Notes: generated from the sequence alone by a model not told the origin. Shown: positions 16,623 to 26,650, counted from the first letter of the stretch. The stretch is DNA of 32,000 bases from Nostoc sp. PCC 7120 = FACHB-418 (GCF_000009705.1 NC_003272.1:6381772-6413771), one strand, 5' to 3'. Translations and numbers: made by a program.

Positions 16623-18281
16623 GTGACCACTGTTGATGCGTTGATAAATAAATATGATAATGGTTTAGGCTTTTTAGCTTATACTTCATATCAAAATCTA
16701 GCTTGGAAAGGTTCTTTAGACTGCATATCTTTTGAACACACAGCCATAAAAAATAAACTATTGGCTTTAGATAAACCTTGTTATATTGTGAAGGTTGCTG
16801 GCAAAATTGGTGTCACAAATGACGGTTATCTATCTGCTGCTGAACTTGGAACAACAGGACAAGTAGAACTTTTAACATCTCTCTCATCTATCCGCATTCA
16901 ACAATTGGGCGACCCCAGTTTTCTCTCGTTTTATGGCGTACAGTCTGCCTATATGACTGGAGCAATGGCTGGTGGTATTGCCTCGGAAGAAATGGTCATT
17001 GCTTTAGGTAGAGAGAAAATTCTCGGTTCTTTTGGTGCAGGTGGTTTACCTCCAGAACGTTTAGAAGTAGCTATTAATCGGATTCAACAAGCGCTACCTC
17101 ATGGCCCTTACGCCTTCAATTTAATTCACAGTCCCAATGATATGGCAATTGAACGCCGGGCTGTGGATTTATACCTCAAATATGAGGTGACAACTGTAGA
17201 AGCTTCAGCATTTTTAGATTTAACTGCCAACATTGTTTATTATCGCGTGGCAGGATTAAGTTTAGATGATGCCAATCAAATTCAAATTAAAAATAAAGTC
17301 ATTGCCAAAATTTCTCGCCGGGAAGTTGCGAGTAAATTTATGCAGCCTGCACCAGCCAGAATTATTAAAGAATTGCTGGAACAAGGTTTAATTACTGAGT
17401 TGCAAGCAAAGCTGGCAGCTAATGTACCAATGGCTGATGATATTACCGTCGAAGCTGATTCTGGCGGTCATACAGATAATCGTCCCTTGGTTTGTTTGTT
17501 ACCTTCTATCATTGCTTTGCGGGATGAAATTCAAAGACAATATAATTACTCGCAACCTATTAGAGTCGGTGCAGCCGGAGGAATTGCCACACCAGAATCA
17601 GCTTTAGCAGCCTTTATTATGGGTGCTGCTTATGTGGTGACTGGTTCGGTGAATCAAGCTTGTATTGAATCTGGTGCTTGTGACCATACCAAGCAATTAT
17701 TAGCGCAAGCGGAAATGGCTGATGTAATTATGGCTCCCGCCGCCGATATGTTTGAAATGGGAGTGAAATTACAAGTCCTCAAACGCGGGACGATGTTTGC
17801 TATGCGGGCGCAAAAGTTGTATGAATTGTACCGCAATTATGACTCGATTGAAGCGATTCCTTTGGGTGAGAGAGAGAAGTTAGAAAAACAAGTTTTTCGC
17901 AAGACAATTGCTGAGGTTTGGGAAGGGACTGCGGCTTATTTATCTCAGAAAAATCCTGAGAAATTGGGTAAGGCAGTTAATAATCCTAAATTAAAAATGG
18001 CGTTGATTTTCCGTTGGTATTTAGGTTTGTCTTCCCGTTGGTCTAGTGCTGGGGAAAAAGGCAGAGAAGTAGATTATCAAATTTGGTGCGGCCCGGCGAT
18101 GGGTGGGTTTAATGACTGGGTGCGTGGTTCTTATTTGGCAGAAGCAAATAATCGGCACGTTGTTGATGTTGCTCATCACATTATGACTGGTGCGGCGTTT
18201 TTATATCGCATTCAAAGTCTGAAAATTCAAGGAATGCAAATACCTGATTCCTACTGTCAATATCATCCGGTTCGTTACTAG
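16623..18281 (+). CDS. hglA: PfaD-family enoyl reductase (nitronate-monooxygenase-like TIM barrel)
   Basis: 552-aa ORF with a GTG start. Signature EADSGGHTDNRP, plus GAGGLPPE and AAGGIATPE. The size and motifs match the PUFA/polyketide PfaD family. Confidence 0.88.
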   Translation: MTTVDALINKYDNGLGFLAYTSYQNLAWKGSLDCISFEHTAIKNKLLALDKPCYIVKVAGKIGVTNDGYLSAAELGTTGQVELLTSLSSIRIQQLGDPSFLSFYGVQSAYMTGAMAGGIASEEMVIALGREKILGSFGAGGLPPERLEVAINRIQQALPHGPYAFNLIHSPNDMAIERRAVDLYLKYEVTTVEASAFLDLTANIVYYRVAGLSLDDANQIQIKNKVIAKISRREVASKFMQPAPARIIKELLEQGLITELQAKLAANVPMADDITVEADSGGHTDNRPLVCLLPSIIALRDEIQRQYNYSQPIRVGAAGGIATPESALAAFIMGAAYVVTGSVNQACIESGACDHTKQLLAQAEMADVIMAPAADMFEMGVKLQVLKRGTMFAMRAQKLYELYRNYDSIEAIPLGEREKLEKQVFRKTIAEVWEGTAAYLSQKNPEKLGKAVNNPKLKMALIFRWYLGLSSRWSSAGEKGREVDYQIWCGPAMGGFNDWVRGSYLAEANNRHVVDVAHHIMTGAAFLYRIQSLKIQGMQIPDSYCQYHPVRY

Positions 18282-18284
18282 AAA

Positions 18285-18339
18285 TGGTAATTGGTAATGG
18301 TTGAAAGATTCATGATAAACCGCCAATTACCAATCACCA
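18285..18339. repeat. GGTAAT(T/G) heptamer copies and their complement (CCAATTACCAATCACC) forming an imperfect hairpin downstream of hglA
   Basis: tggtaattggtaatgg at 18285-18300 and ccaattaccaatcacca at 18323-18339. Same heptamer family as 16554-16581, in the opposite orientation. Confidence 0.75.
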
Positions 18340-18384
18340 AGATTATAGGCAACTTGACTTACTAAATAATTCGGAGATTTCATA

Positions 18385-19905
18385 ATGAGTCTAAAACAAA
18401 ATTATAGTGCAGCAGATATTCAAGCTTGGATGATATCTAATCTAGCTGAATTGTTGGGAGTAGATGGTGATGAAATCGATGCTACTGTCAATTTAGAAAG
18501 CTATGGTTTGGATTCGGCACAGGCAATGGTACTAGTTAGTAAACTAGAGCAATTGTTGGGATTTCAACCATCACCTTTGTTGTTGTGGCATTACCCCACT
18601 ATTGAATCGTTGTCTGAACGTTTAGCTGAAGAATTGGAAGAACAATCTGAGGAACAAAATACAGATTCTGCTACTGCTAACCACAGTAATGGTACACCAG
18701 TCCTCGATTTACAAGCTGAGGTAGTTCTTGACCCAGTAATTCATCCTGGTGGTGCGATTCCTGTTGATTTTCCGGTGACTCAACCGAAAAAAGTGTTTCT
18801 GACTGGTGGGACTGGGTTTTTAGGCGCTTTCTTAATTCGGGAATTGCTACAACAAACTCAGGCTGATGTCTATTGTTTGGTACGCGCTGCTGATGCTCAA
18901 GCAGGTAAAGCCAAAATCCAAACCAATCTGGAAGGTTACGCAATTTGGCAGGAAGAATATGAGTCGAGAATTATTCCTGTTGTTGGGGATTTAGCGGAAC
19001 CACTTTTGGGTTTAAGTTCCACACAGTTCCAAGCTTTGGCGGCGGAAATTGACACTATCTATCATAGTGGCGCGTTGTTGAATTATGTTTTCCCTTACTC
19101 AGCCCTGAAGGCTGCGAATGTGTTGGGAACTCAAGAAGTTTTAAGATTGGCTTGCCAAATTAAAGTCAAGCCTGTGCATTATGTTTCTAGCGTGGCGGTG
19201 TTTGAATCACCTGTCTATGCTGGTAAGGTAGTCAAGGAAAGTGATGATTTTAGCCATTGGGAAGGGATTTTCCTTGGTTACTCCCAAACCAAATGGGTGG
19301 CAGAAAAGTTGGTGAAGATTGCAGGCGATCGCGGTTTACCTGTTACTATCCATAGACCACCCTTAATTGGTGGAGATAGTGAGACTGGTATCGGTAACAC
19401 CCACGACTTTATTAATTTGATGGTTAAGGGTTGTCTGCAAATGGGATGCTTCCCCGATGTAGAATATATGCTAGATATGTCTCCTGTAGATTATGTCAGC
19501 AAAGCGATCGTGCATCTATCTATGCAGAAGGAATCGCTAGGTAAAGCTTTCCACCTACAACACCCAGAACCAGTATCCTTAAGTGTCTTAGTTGACTGGG
19601 TACGTTCCTTTGGCTACGAGATTAAAACTCTTCCCTACGAAGAATGGCAAGCAGAGTTAATCAATAATGCCACTTCTGTAGATAATCCTTTATACACCTT
19701 GCGTCCCTTCCTCCTAGAACGCTGGTCTGATGAACAACTCACCATCCCCGATTTGTACCTCAAAGCCAAAAGACCCCACATTAGCTGTCAAGACACCCTC
19801 AAAGCTCTAGCAGGTACATCTATAGGTTGTCCGCCCATTGATGGCAAATTATTCATGACCTACACAGCTTACTTGATTCAAACCGGGTTCTTAACCTTGG
19901 CGTGA
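18385..19905 (+). CDS. hglB: ACP plus thioester reductase (terminal reductase domain) protein
   Basis: N-terminal carrier domain YGLDSAQAM (Ser codon 18514-18516). Reductase domain [14 protein letters not shown] (NAD binding) and YSQTKWVAE (YxxxK). This corresponds to hetM/hglB as described for Anabaena PCC 7120. Confidence 0.9.
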
Positions 19906-19956
19906 GGAGAAGACGCGATGAATCGCGTCTCTACAGATGGTTTATTTCATGCGTGT

Positions 19957-19986
19957 AACCCAGTTTCGCTGAGAAACTGGGTTTTT
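19957..19986 (+). terminator. Rho-independent terminator after hglB
   Basis: 11-bp stem AACCCAGTTTC / GAAACTGGGTT, 5-nt loop, followed by TTTTT (read directly). A smaller hairpin, AGACGCGA-tgaa-TCGCGTCT, lies at 19911-19930. Confidence 0.8.
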
Positions 19987-20288
19987 CCTGTTGCATGATA
20001 TTAAATAAGGTTTATCAATAACACTACCCTCCTTAAATAAATGCTATAAATGGAGTTGAATTCGGGTTAAACCTCATTGAACAAATCCCTAACTTAAATA
20101 AATGAATGCCTGTTCTGCAACATAGGCGATCAACACTGTTATGAGTGAGTTATCCTGGTTTTTGTCAAGCAAGTGCAGTCTACGCGCGTAAGTTCTATGA
20201 GCTAGTTTGAAGTGTAGCTGTCTTTATCGCATTTAGTTGTGGATGGGTGGGTAGTTTGATGATCTCAAATGTCTGTGTTGTGGCTTGG

Positions 20289-20368
20289 AGTGATAAGTGA
20301 CAAGTGATGGGTTGTAAGCAAGATATTTTTTCTTTGCTGTCCTAGTCCCCAGTCACTAGTCCCCAGTC
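20289..20368. repeat. Heptamer repeats upstream of hetN: (AGTGAYR)x3 at 20289-20309 and duplicated TAGTCCCCAGTC (STRR1-type CCCCAGT) at 20343-20368
   Basis: Read directly. CCCCAGT is the classical STRR1 unit of heterocystous cyanobacteria. Confidence 0.85.
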
Positions 20369-20458
20369 CCGAAAATACTGGATTAGGCTACACAGAGTTT
20401 ACCCAAGATATCGATGCGTAAATCCTGCGGCTCAGAATTTGGAGACTAGCAGGTTACA

Positions 20459-21322
20459 ATGACAACTCTTACAGGTAAGACAGTACTTTTAACCGGCGCT
20501 TCACGCGGTCTTGGTGTCTACATTGCTCGTGCTTTGGCGAAAGAACAGGCAACGGTAGTTTGTGTTTCTCGTTCTCAATCAGGATTAGCCCAAACGTGTA
20601 ATGCGGTTAAGGCTGCTGGTGGTAAAGCGATCGCTATTCCTTTTGATGTGAGGAACACATCACAATTATCGGCTCTTGTCCAGCAGGCTCAAGATATTGT
20701 CGGCCCTATTGATGTCTTGATTAACAATGCTGGCATCGAAATTAACGGAACTTTTGCGAATTACTCTCTAGCGGAAATCCAATCAATCTTCAACACTAAT
20801 CTATTGGCTGCTATGGAATTAACACGTTTGTTACTACCCAGCATGATGGAACGCGGTAGTGGTCGGATTGTCAATATTGCTTCTTTAGCTGGTAAAAAGG
20901 GCGTTGCTTTCAACAGCGTTTACTCAGCTAGCAAGGCAGGTTTGATTATGTGGACTGATGCGATGCGTCAGGAATTAGTTGGTACTGGTGTCAACATTTC
21001 GGTGGTTTGTCCAGGCTATGTCTCGCAAACTGGGATGACTGTTGATACTCGTGTCTCTGCGCCCAAATTAGCAGGTATTTCTACGCCCAAAAGTGTAGCT
21101 AATGCCGTTGTTAAAGCTATTAAAAATAAAACAACCGAAGTAATTGTCAATCAAAATCCCATCACGGAAAGTTTGACAAAATTGATGTTGGCTGTGGGAC
21201 AAATTTCTCCCACTTCGGTGGACAGAATTTATCGTTGGTTCGGTGTAGTGGATTTCAACCAAAAACGGGCGGAAAATAGAGTCAAAGACGGCTATGTAGC
21301 TGTTGAGTCTCATCGCTCATGA
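20459..21322 (+). CDS. hetN: Short-chain dehydrogenase/ketoacyl reductase HetN, source of the RGSGR-containing heterocyst-pattern inhibitor
   Basis: 287-aa ORF. TGASRGLG Rossmann motif, NNAG, YSASKAG catalytic motif. ERGSGR at residues 131-136 (nt 20849-20866). Confidence 0.93.
   Translation: MTTLTGKTVLLTGASRGLGVYIARALAKEQATVVCVSRSQSGLAQTCNAVKAAGGKAIAIPFDVRNTSQLSALVQQAQDIVGPIDVLINNAGIEINGTFANYSLAEIQSIFNTNLLAAMELTRLLLPSMMERGSGRIVNIASLAGKKGVAFNSVYSASKAGLIMWTDAMRQELVGTGVNISVVCPGYVSQTGMTVDTRVSAPKLAGISTPKSVANAVVKAIKNKTTEVIVNQNPITESLTKLMLAVGQISPTSVDRIYRWFGVVDFNQKRAENRVKDGYVAVESHRS
20849..20866 (+). other. hetN: ERGSGR hexapeptide-coding segment within hetN (PatS-type inhibitory motif)
   Basis: gaa cgc ggt agt ggt cgg, read in the hetN frame. 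Confidence 0.9.
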
Positions 21323-21358
21323 CTCCGCAGTTGCTTAGGGAATGAGGTTTTGATCAGA

Positions 21359-22072
21359 TCAATAATGCCAGAATTTTGGCTGCCAGCCAAAACCCGCCAC
21401 GGCAACAGCAGCAACACAATTATCATCTGGCACTAGCTCTAGGAGACTCCACGCTGGAGCTGTCTGTAACTTAGCTGGTTCTGTGGGAGTTAGTGCTATT
21501 TCAATTTCCTCTAATTTAGCGATGCCGTCACCCGTTGCTTTAAGATAAGCCTCTTTACAAGTCCAGTAACGAAAGAAAATTTTTTGTTTTTGCTCATCGG
21601 GTAGCGATCGCAATAATTCATATTCTCGCGGTAAAAAGAACCTTTTGGCAAGGGATTCTAAATCAGATGTGGGGCGGAGATATTCTAAATCGATGCCGAT
21701 TTGGCGCGTGTAATTGACTGCACACAAGGCCAAGTTCTGGGAGTGTGACAAGTTAAATAATAAACCACTCTCGGCAAAGCGATCGCCTAATATTGGTTTA
21801 CCACGGGATTCATAATCAAATTTAACTTGCCCTGGTTCCACACCCAAATAGCCCCCCAAGATACTGCGGAGAATACCACGACCAGCAGTAAAACGCCGGC
21901 GATGTTCGGGAAAATAAAATCTGTTTGCACGGGCTAATTCGTCACTAGATAAGGTAGCGGCTAAATCCTGTAGCTGTGATTCTGGTTGGTCAAGGGGAAT
22001 GCGCCAGAGATGAACTTCATCTGACAATAAGGTTAAATTTGGGGGTTTTGGTAGCCAAGTATGCTGCAACAA
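21359..22072 (-). CDS. hetI: Sfp-type 4'-phosphopantetheinyl transferase
   Basis: 237-aa ORF convergent with hetN. Motifs GKPIL, FNLSHS, IGIDLE and WTCKEAYLKATG. The first codon is TTG. Confidence 0.9.
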   Translation of the reverse strand: MLQHTWLPKPPNLTLLSDEVHLWRIPLDQPESQLQDLAATLSSDELARANRFYFPEHRRRFTAGRGILRSILGGYLGVEPGQVKFDYESRGKPILGDRFAESGLLFNLSHSQNLALCAVNYTRQIGIDLEYLRPTSDLESLAKRFFLPREYELLRSLPDEQKQKIFFRYWTCKEAYLKATGDGIAKLEEIEIALTPTEPAKLQTAPAWSLLELVPDDNCVAAVAVAGFGWQPKFWHY

Positions 22073-22356
22073 TTAACAATTAAAAATAAATGAACGCAAT
22101 TATTAATATAAGATTTTTATTAAACTTTTAGAGACTTATATTAATGGGCTAATTAACCCTGTTTTTTCCCTCTCTTAGTCTGCCAAAAGAACTTTGCAAG
22201 GTTAATAGCAGCAAAAAAAATCTCTTTCTCCCCCTGCGTCCCCTGCTCTCCTTACTCCCCCCGCTTGCCTTAGTCTAGCAATTTTGGGTTGGTGAACTAC
22301 TAGGCAGAGGAAAAGTAAAAATCAGGTTGAGTCATAGATATTGAACTGGTTAAGTT

Positions 22357-23184
22357 ATGAATCAAAGAATTATCCGGCGACAAAAAAAACCAGCACAGTA
22401 TTACACCGAAGAATTAGGAAATGATATTGGCTTAGATATGATGCTCATTCCTGGGGGAACTTTCCTCATGGGTTCACCAGACAGTGAGGAAGCAAGATTG
22501 AGGTATGAATCACCGCAACATGAAGTAACGGTGGGTAAATTTTACATGGGGAGATATCCAATAACGCAAGCACAGTGGCGGGTAGTAGCGGAATGGGAAA
22601 AAATAGACATGGAATTAGACCCAGACCTATCTAACTTTAAAGAAGATTATCAGGGAATAGATAGATGGACAAGACCAGTGGAAACAGTGACATGGGAAGA
22701 AGCGAAAGAATTTTGTGAAAGATTAAGCAGAAAAACAGGGAGAGAATATCGCTTACCGACAGAAGCAGAATGGGAATATGCGTGTAGAGCGGGAACAAGC
22801 ACACCATTTCATTTTGGGGAAATAATCACAACAGAATTAGCTAATTACAATGGTGAAAATGTTTATGAAGGCGGAGTGAAAGGGGGATATAGAAGACAAA
22901 CAACACCAGTGGGATATTTTCAAGTAGCGAATAATTTTGGACTATATGATATGCACGGAAATGTGTGGGAGTGGTGCGAGGATGATTGGCATGATAGCTA
23001 TGAAGGCGCACCGAATAACGGTAGTGCATGGGTAGAAAGTGGTACTGGTAGTACAAAAGTGATACGTGGCGGTTCTTGGAGAGACATTGCTATGGACTGT
23101 CGTTGTGCTTCTCGCATCGACGACCTAGTTTTCGAGAATAGAATTAATGGTTTTCGAGTTGTGCGTGTTATCTCCAGTACTTAG
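22357..23184 (+). CDS. Formylglycine-generating-enzyme (SUMF1/FGE-sulfatase) domain protein
   Basis: MLIPGGTFLMGSP, YRLPTEAEWEYACRAGT, GLYDMHGNVWEWCEDDW and RGGSW are characteristic of the FGE-sulfatase fold. Confidence 0.85.
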   Translation: MNQRIIRRQKKPAQYYTEELGNDIGLDMMLIPGGTFLMGSPDSEEARLRYESPQHEVTVGKFYMGRYPITQAQWRVVAEWEKIDMELDPDLSNFKEDYQGIDRWTRPVETVTWEEAKEFCERLSRKTGREYRLPTEAEWEYACRAGTSTPFHFGEIITTELANYNGENVYEGGVKGGYRRQTTPVGYFQVANNFGLYDMHGNVWEWCEDDWHDSYEGAPNNGSAWVESGTGSTKVIRGGSWRDIAMDCRCASRIDDLVFENRINGFRVVRVISST

Positions 23185-23370
23185 TACTATTTTATGCCTT
23201 TCTCCTCTCGCCCAAAACGCGAAAAACTTTTGTCCCTCTCAGACTAAAATAGCCAGTTATTTGGTAAGTGTGGGAGTGCCTGTTGTTCCACCAACTAAAA
23301 TCTGCTAAATATTACTGGCAATATTAAAGTATGGTAGTTACTAAAATGACTACACCTTGAAAGGCAGTAT

Positions 23371-24417
23371 ATGCAGCAAGACTTTAGCCGTCGTAAATTT
23401 GTATTATATGGTGCAGCTACTTTTACTACTAGCCTATTACTAAAAGCTTGTAGTAATCAAACTCCCACGCCAACGGCTAGTAGTGGAGCGGAAGGGTTTA
23501 AAATAGCGATCGCCCTACCTGGAGCTATCACAGACCAAGCTTGGAATCAGTCTGGCTATGAAGGACTAAACTTAGCTAAACAAAAGCTCAATGCAGAAGT
23601 CGCCTATGTGGAACAAGTCGCCCAAGCCGACCAAACAGAAGCACTAACAGACTTTGCCCGTAAGGGTTATAATCTTGTATTCGCCCACGGTGGACAATTT
23701 GATGCAGCGATAGAACAAGTTGCGCCGCAATTTCCCAATACATTTTTTGTGGGTGTTAATGGTAATACCAAAGCCGAAAATATTGCCTCTTTGCGAATCG
23801 ACCACTTACAAGGTAGTTATTTATGTGGCATCATTGGCGCGTCTGTAACTAAATCAAATAAATTAGCTTATATTGCTGGACAAGAATTTACCGCCACACA
23901 GGAAGAACTAAGAGGATTTGAATTAGGAGCAAAATCTGTTAATTCCAATATACAAATTGTCTCAACATTTACAGGTGATTGGAGTGATGTTGCTAAAGCA
24001 AAGGAAGCAACATTAGCTTTAATTTCCTCCGGTGTTGATGTCATTTATCAATGGTTTGATAGTGCCGCACCCGCAGTTTTACAAGCAGCCAGTGACAAGG
24101 GAGTTTACGCCTTTGGCAATACCAAAGACCAGTTAGATATTGCCCCCAAAGCAGTGTTAACCAGTGCAGTTAAAAGATTAGATATAGCCATAGCCTATTT
24201 AGCCGAAATCGCGCAGCAAAAACAACTCAAAGGACAGATATATACTATTGGTTTAGAACGAGAAGATATATTATTTTTAGGTAAATTTGGCGCAGCAGTA
24301 TCGGAAGATATACAACAAAATGCTTTAAAAATAAAACAGGAAATTGTTGCTCAAAAAATTACTTTTGCAACTTGTCAGGAAGCTGGTAAAAATACACGTT
24401 GTGTCAAAAAAGCCTAA
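23371..24417 (+). CDS. BMP-family (PnrA/Med-like) ABC transporter substrate-binding lipoprotein
   Basis: Tat-like SRRKFV signal followed by the lipobox LLKAC. The body is typical of BMP lipoproteins (IALPGAITDQAWNQSGYEG, FAHGGQF). It heads an operon with CUT2-type ATPase and permease genes. Confidence 0.8.
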   Translation: MQQDFSRRKFVLYGAATFTTSLLLKACSNQTPTPTASSGAEGFKIAIALPGAITDQAWNQSGYEGLNLAKQKLNAEVAYVEQVAQADQTEALTDFARKGYNLVFAHGGQFDAAIEQVAPQFPNTFFVGVNGNTKAENIASLRIDHLQGSYLCGIIGASVTKSNKLAYIAGQEFTATQEELRGFELGAKSVNSNIQIVSTFTGDWSDVAKAKEATLALISSGVDVIYQWFDSAAPAVLQAASDKGVYAFGNTKDQLDIAPKAVLTSAVKRLDIAIAYLAEIAQQKQLKGQIYTIGLEREDILFLGKFGAAVSEDIQQNALKIKQEIVAQKITFATCQEAGKNTRCVKKA

Positions 24418-25893
24418 ATGTATTTACGTTTAGAAAATATTAGCAAACGCTTTAATTCATTTGTCGCTAATGATAATATTAGCCTGAGTGTTGACGCTGG
24501 TAAAATTCATGCAATTCTAGGTGAAAATGGCGCTGGTAAAACCACTTTAATGAATATTATTAGTGGTCTATATCAACCGGATGCAGGAGAAATATATTTA
24601 CAAGATCAGGCAATAAAAATAAATTCTCCCAATGAAGCCATAAAACTAGGCATCGGTATGATATATCAACACTTCATGCTTGTGCCTCAGTTAACTGTGA
24701 CTGAAAATATCATCTTGGGTAGGGAAAATAGTTGGCGTTTAAATCTGCGACAAAAACAACAAGAAATTGCCGCTTTATCCCAAGTTTATGGATTAGAAAT
24801 TGATCCTACAGCGAAAGTAGAAGATTTACCTGTAGGCACACAACAGCGAGTAGAAATTCTCAAAGTTTTATATCGCCAGGCTAAACTATTAATTCTCGAT
24901 GAACCAACAGCCGTTCTCACACCCACAGAAGTAGAATCATTAATTATTATCTTGCGACAACTGGCGGCGGCTGGTAATACGATTATTTTTATCAGTCATA
25001 AGTTAGAAGAGGTAATCAATCTCTGCGATACTGTCACAGTGTTGCGGCGAGGTAAAGTAGTAGCGACAACGACAACTAAAGATGTGACTCCTCAGCAATT
25101 AGCAGAATTGATGGTGGGACGGGAAGTAGCTTTACAAGTCAATAAATCTACATCTGCGCCAGGAAAAGTCATACTTTCAGTCCAGAATTTGCAAGTTGCT
25201 GATGATAGGGGTGTCCTGGCTGTTCGCAATATTTCCTTTCAATTGCACACTGGTGAAATTTTGGGAATTGCTGGTGTAGATGGGAATGGACAGAGAGAAT
25301 TAGCTGATGCCATTACCAATTTAAGAGGCATCATCAATGGTAAAATTCAACTTAGTAGCTCTTATCCTCAACAAAAAATAGGCTACATCCCTGAAGATAG
25401 GCAAAGAATGGGCTTGGTGTTGCCGTTTACCATTGCCCAAAACTTGATTTTGAATGTTTTTAAAAACATCCCCTTCTGTCGTCATTTCTTATTACAACCA
25501 TCCGCCATCAAAAATCATGCCCAAGTTACGATGCAGGAATTTGATATCCGGGCGACTGGGGAAGATATCCAGGTAAGCCAACTATCGGGGGGAAATCAAC
25601 AAAAAGTAGTTTTGGCGCGAGAACTGGCGGGAGAACCAGATTTAATTGTGGCGATGCAGCCCACACGGGGATTAGATGTCGGAGCGACAAGTGCAGTCCG
25701 TTCCCGTTTGTTAGCAGAACGCGATCGCGGTGCGGCAATATTGTATATTTCTACTGAGTTAGAAGAAGTGATATCCATGAGCGATCGCATTGCCGTAATC
25801 TATAGAGGTGAGTTTGTCGCTATTTTGGATGCACAGACGGCGACGAGAGAAGAAATTGGTTTATTGATGGCTGGGGGGACACGCAGAGGATAA
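24418..25893 (+). CDS. ABC transporter ATP-binding protein with duplicated NBDs (CUT2 sugar/nucleoside type)
   Basis: The ATG abuts the upstream TAA. Walker A GENGAGKTT, Walker B LLILDEPT, a second NBD with LSGGNQQK and a degenerate Walker A. Confidence 0.9.
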   Translation: MYLRLENISKRFNSFVANDNISLSVDAGKIHAILGENGAGKTTLMNIISGLYQPDAGEIYLQDQAIKINSPNEAIKLGIGMIYQHFMLVPQLTVTENIILGRENSWRLNLRQKQQEIAALSQVYGLEIDPTAKVEDLPVGTQQRVEILKVLYRQAKLLILDEPTAVLTPTEVESLIIILRQLAAAGNTIIFISHKLEEVINLCDTVTVLRRGKVVATTTTKDVTPQQLAELMVGREVALQVNKSTSAPGKVILSVQNLQVADDRGVLAVRNISFQLHTGEILGIAGVDGNGQRELADAITNLRGIINGKIQLSSSYPQQKIGYIPEDRQRMGLVLPFTIAQNLILNVFKNIPFCRHFLLQPSAIKNHAQVTMQEFDIRATGEDIQVSQLSGGNQQKVVLARELAGEPDLIVAMQPTRGLDVGATSAVRSRLLAERDRGAAILYISTELEEVISMSDRIAVIYRGEFVAILDAQTATREEIGLLMAGGTRRG

Positions 25894-25894
25894 A

Positions 25895-26458
25895 ATGCCA
25901 AGTCTGTACATCATTGGTGGTGCAAACGGTTCTGGAAAAACCACCGTGTCTATGAGTTTATTACCAAATTTTTTAGACTGCTTTGAGTATGTAAATGCAG
26001 ATGCAATCGCTGCTGGTTTATCCCCATTAAATCCAGAATCGATGGCAATAGAAGCAGGCAGATTAATGATTACGCGCTTGCGGATGTTATCTAACTCTGG
26101 TAGTGATTTTGCCTTTGAAACCACATTAGCGGCGAGGACTTTTGCACCCTTTATAATTGAATGTAAAGCTAAAGGCTACATAATTAATTTAATTTACTTT
26201 TGGTTACAAAGTGCTGATTTAGCAGTAGAGAGGGTAGCACAACGAGTTGCTAGCGGTGGACACTCAATCCCTGAAGATGTAATCCGAAGACGCTACCAGA
26301 GAGGGAGAGTAAATTTAATTTCTCTATATTTACCTTTGTGCGATCGCTGGATTATTTATAATAACTCTAGTAATGATACTAGTTTAGTGGCTGAATATAA
26401 CTATAGTCAACAGCTTGTTGTTTATGAAAGTAAAACTTGGAATCAAATCAGAGGATAA
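25895..26458 (+). CDS. Zeta-toxin/COG4185-like P-loop kinase (AAA/NTPase, 187 aa)
   Basis: Walker A GGANGSGKTT at residues 8-17. The small alpha/beta kinase size and the ...FAFETTLA..., ...IYFWL... and ...GGHSIPEDVIRRRY layout are typical of zeta-like kinases. The ATG lies 1 nt after the ATPase stop, with an AGAGGA RBS. Confidence 0.7.
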   Translation: MPSLYIIGGANGSGKTTVSMSLLPNFLDCFEYVNADAIAAGLSPLNPESMAIEAGRLMITRLRMLSNSGSDFAFETTLAARTFAPFIIECKAKGYIINLIYFWLQSADLAVERVAQRVASGGHSIPEDVIRRRYQRGRVNLISLYLPLCDRWIIYNNSSNDTSLVAEYNYSQQLVVYESKTWNQIRG

Positions 26459-26460
26459 AA

Positions 26461-26649
26461 ATGGTTGATCAAGAATTAGAACTTTTATCGAGTAAAATTG
26501 ATGCTGGAGTTAAAGCCGCAATTGCCGCAGCTATAGAAAGACATCGCAAACTTGGTCAATCAATTAGTATTATCCAAGATGGAAAAATTGTAACTTTAAC
26601 TGCTGATAAGATTCCAGTAATTCAGACTCAGCAAAACTCTGACAAATAA
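26461..26649 (+). CDS. Small (62 aa) partner protein of the P-loop kinase; possible antitoxin/adaptor
   Basis: ATG 26461 preceded by GAGGA (26451-26455), 2 nt after the kinase stop. The track's TTG 26437 extension is not needed. No known motif recognised. Confidence 0.55.
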   Translation: MVDQELELLSSKIDAGVKAAIAAAIERHRKLGQSISIIQDGKIVTLTADKIPVIQTQQNSDK

Positions 26650-26650
26650 G

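Noticed and set aside
21068-21313. 81-aa ORF antisense to the 3' end of hetN
   Set aside because: A shadow frame of a gene with clear SDR motifs. No start context or motifs.
25861-26124. 87-aa minus-strand ORF spanning the ATPase/kinase junction, plus 25526-25790 minus-strand ORFs
   Set aside because: Antisense to two well-supported plus-strand genes that are translationally coupled, with Pro/Ser-rich shadow composition.
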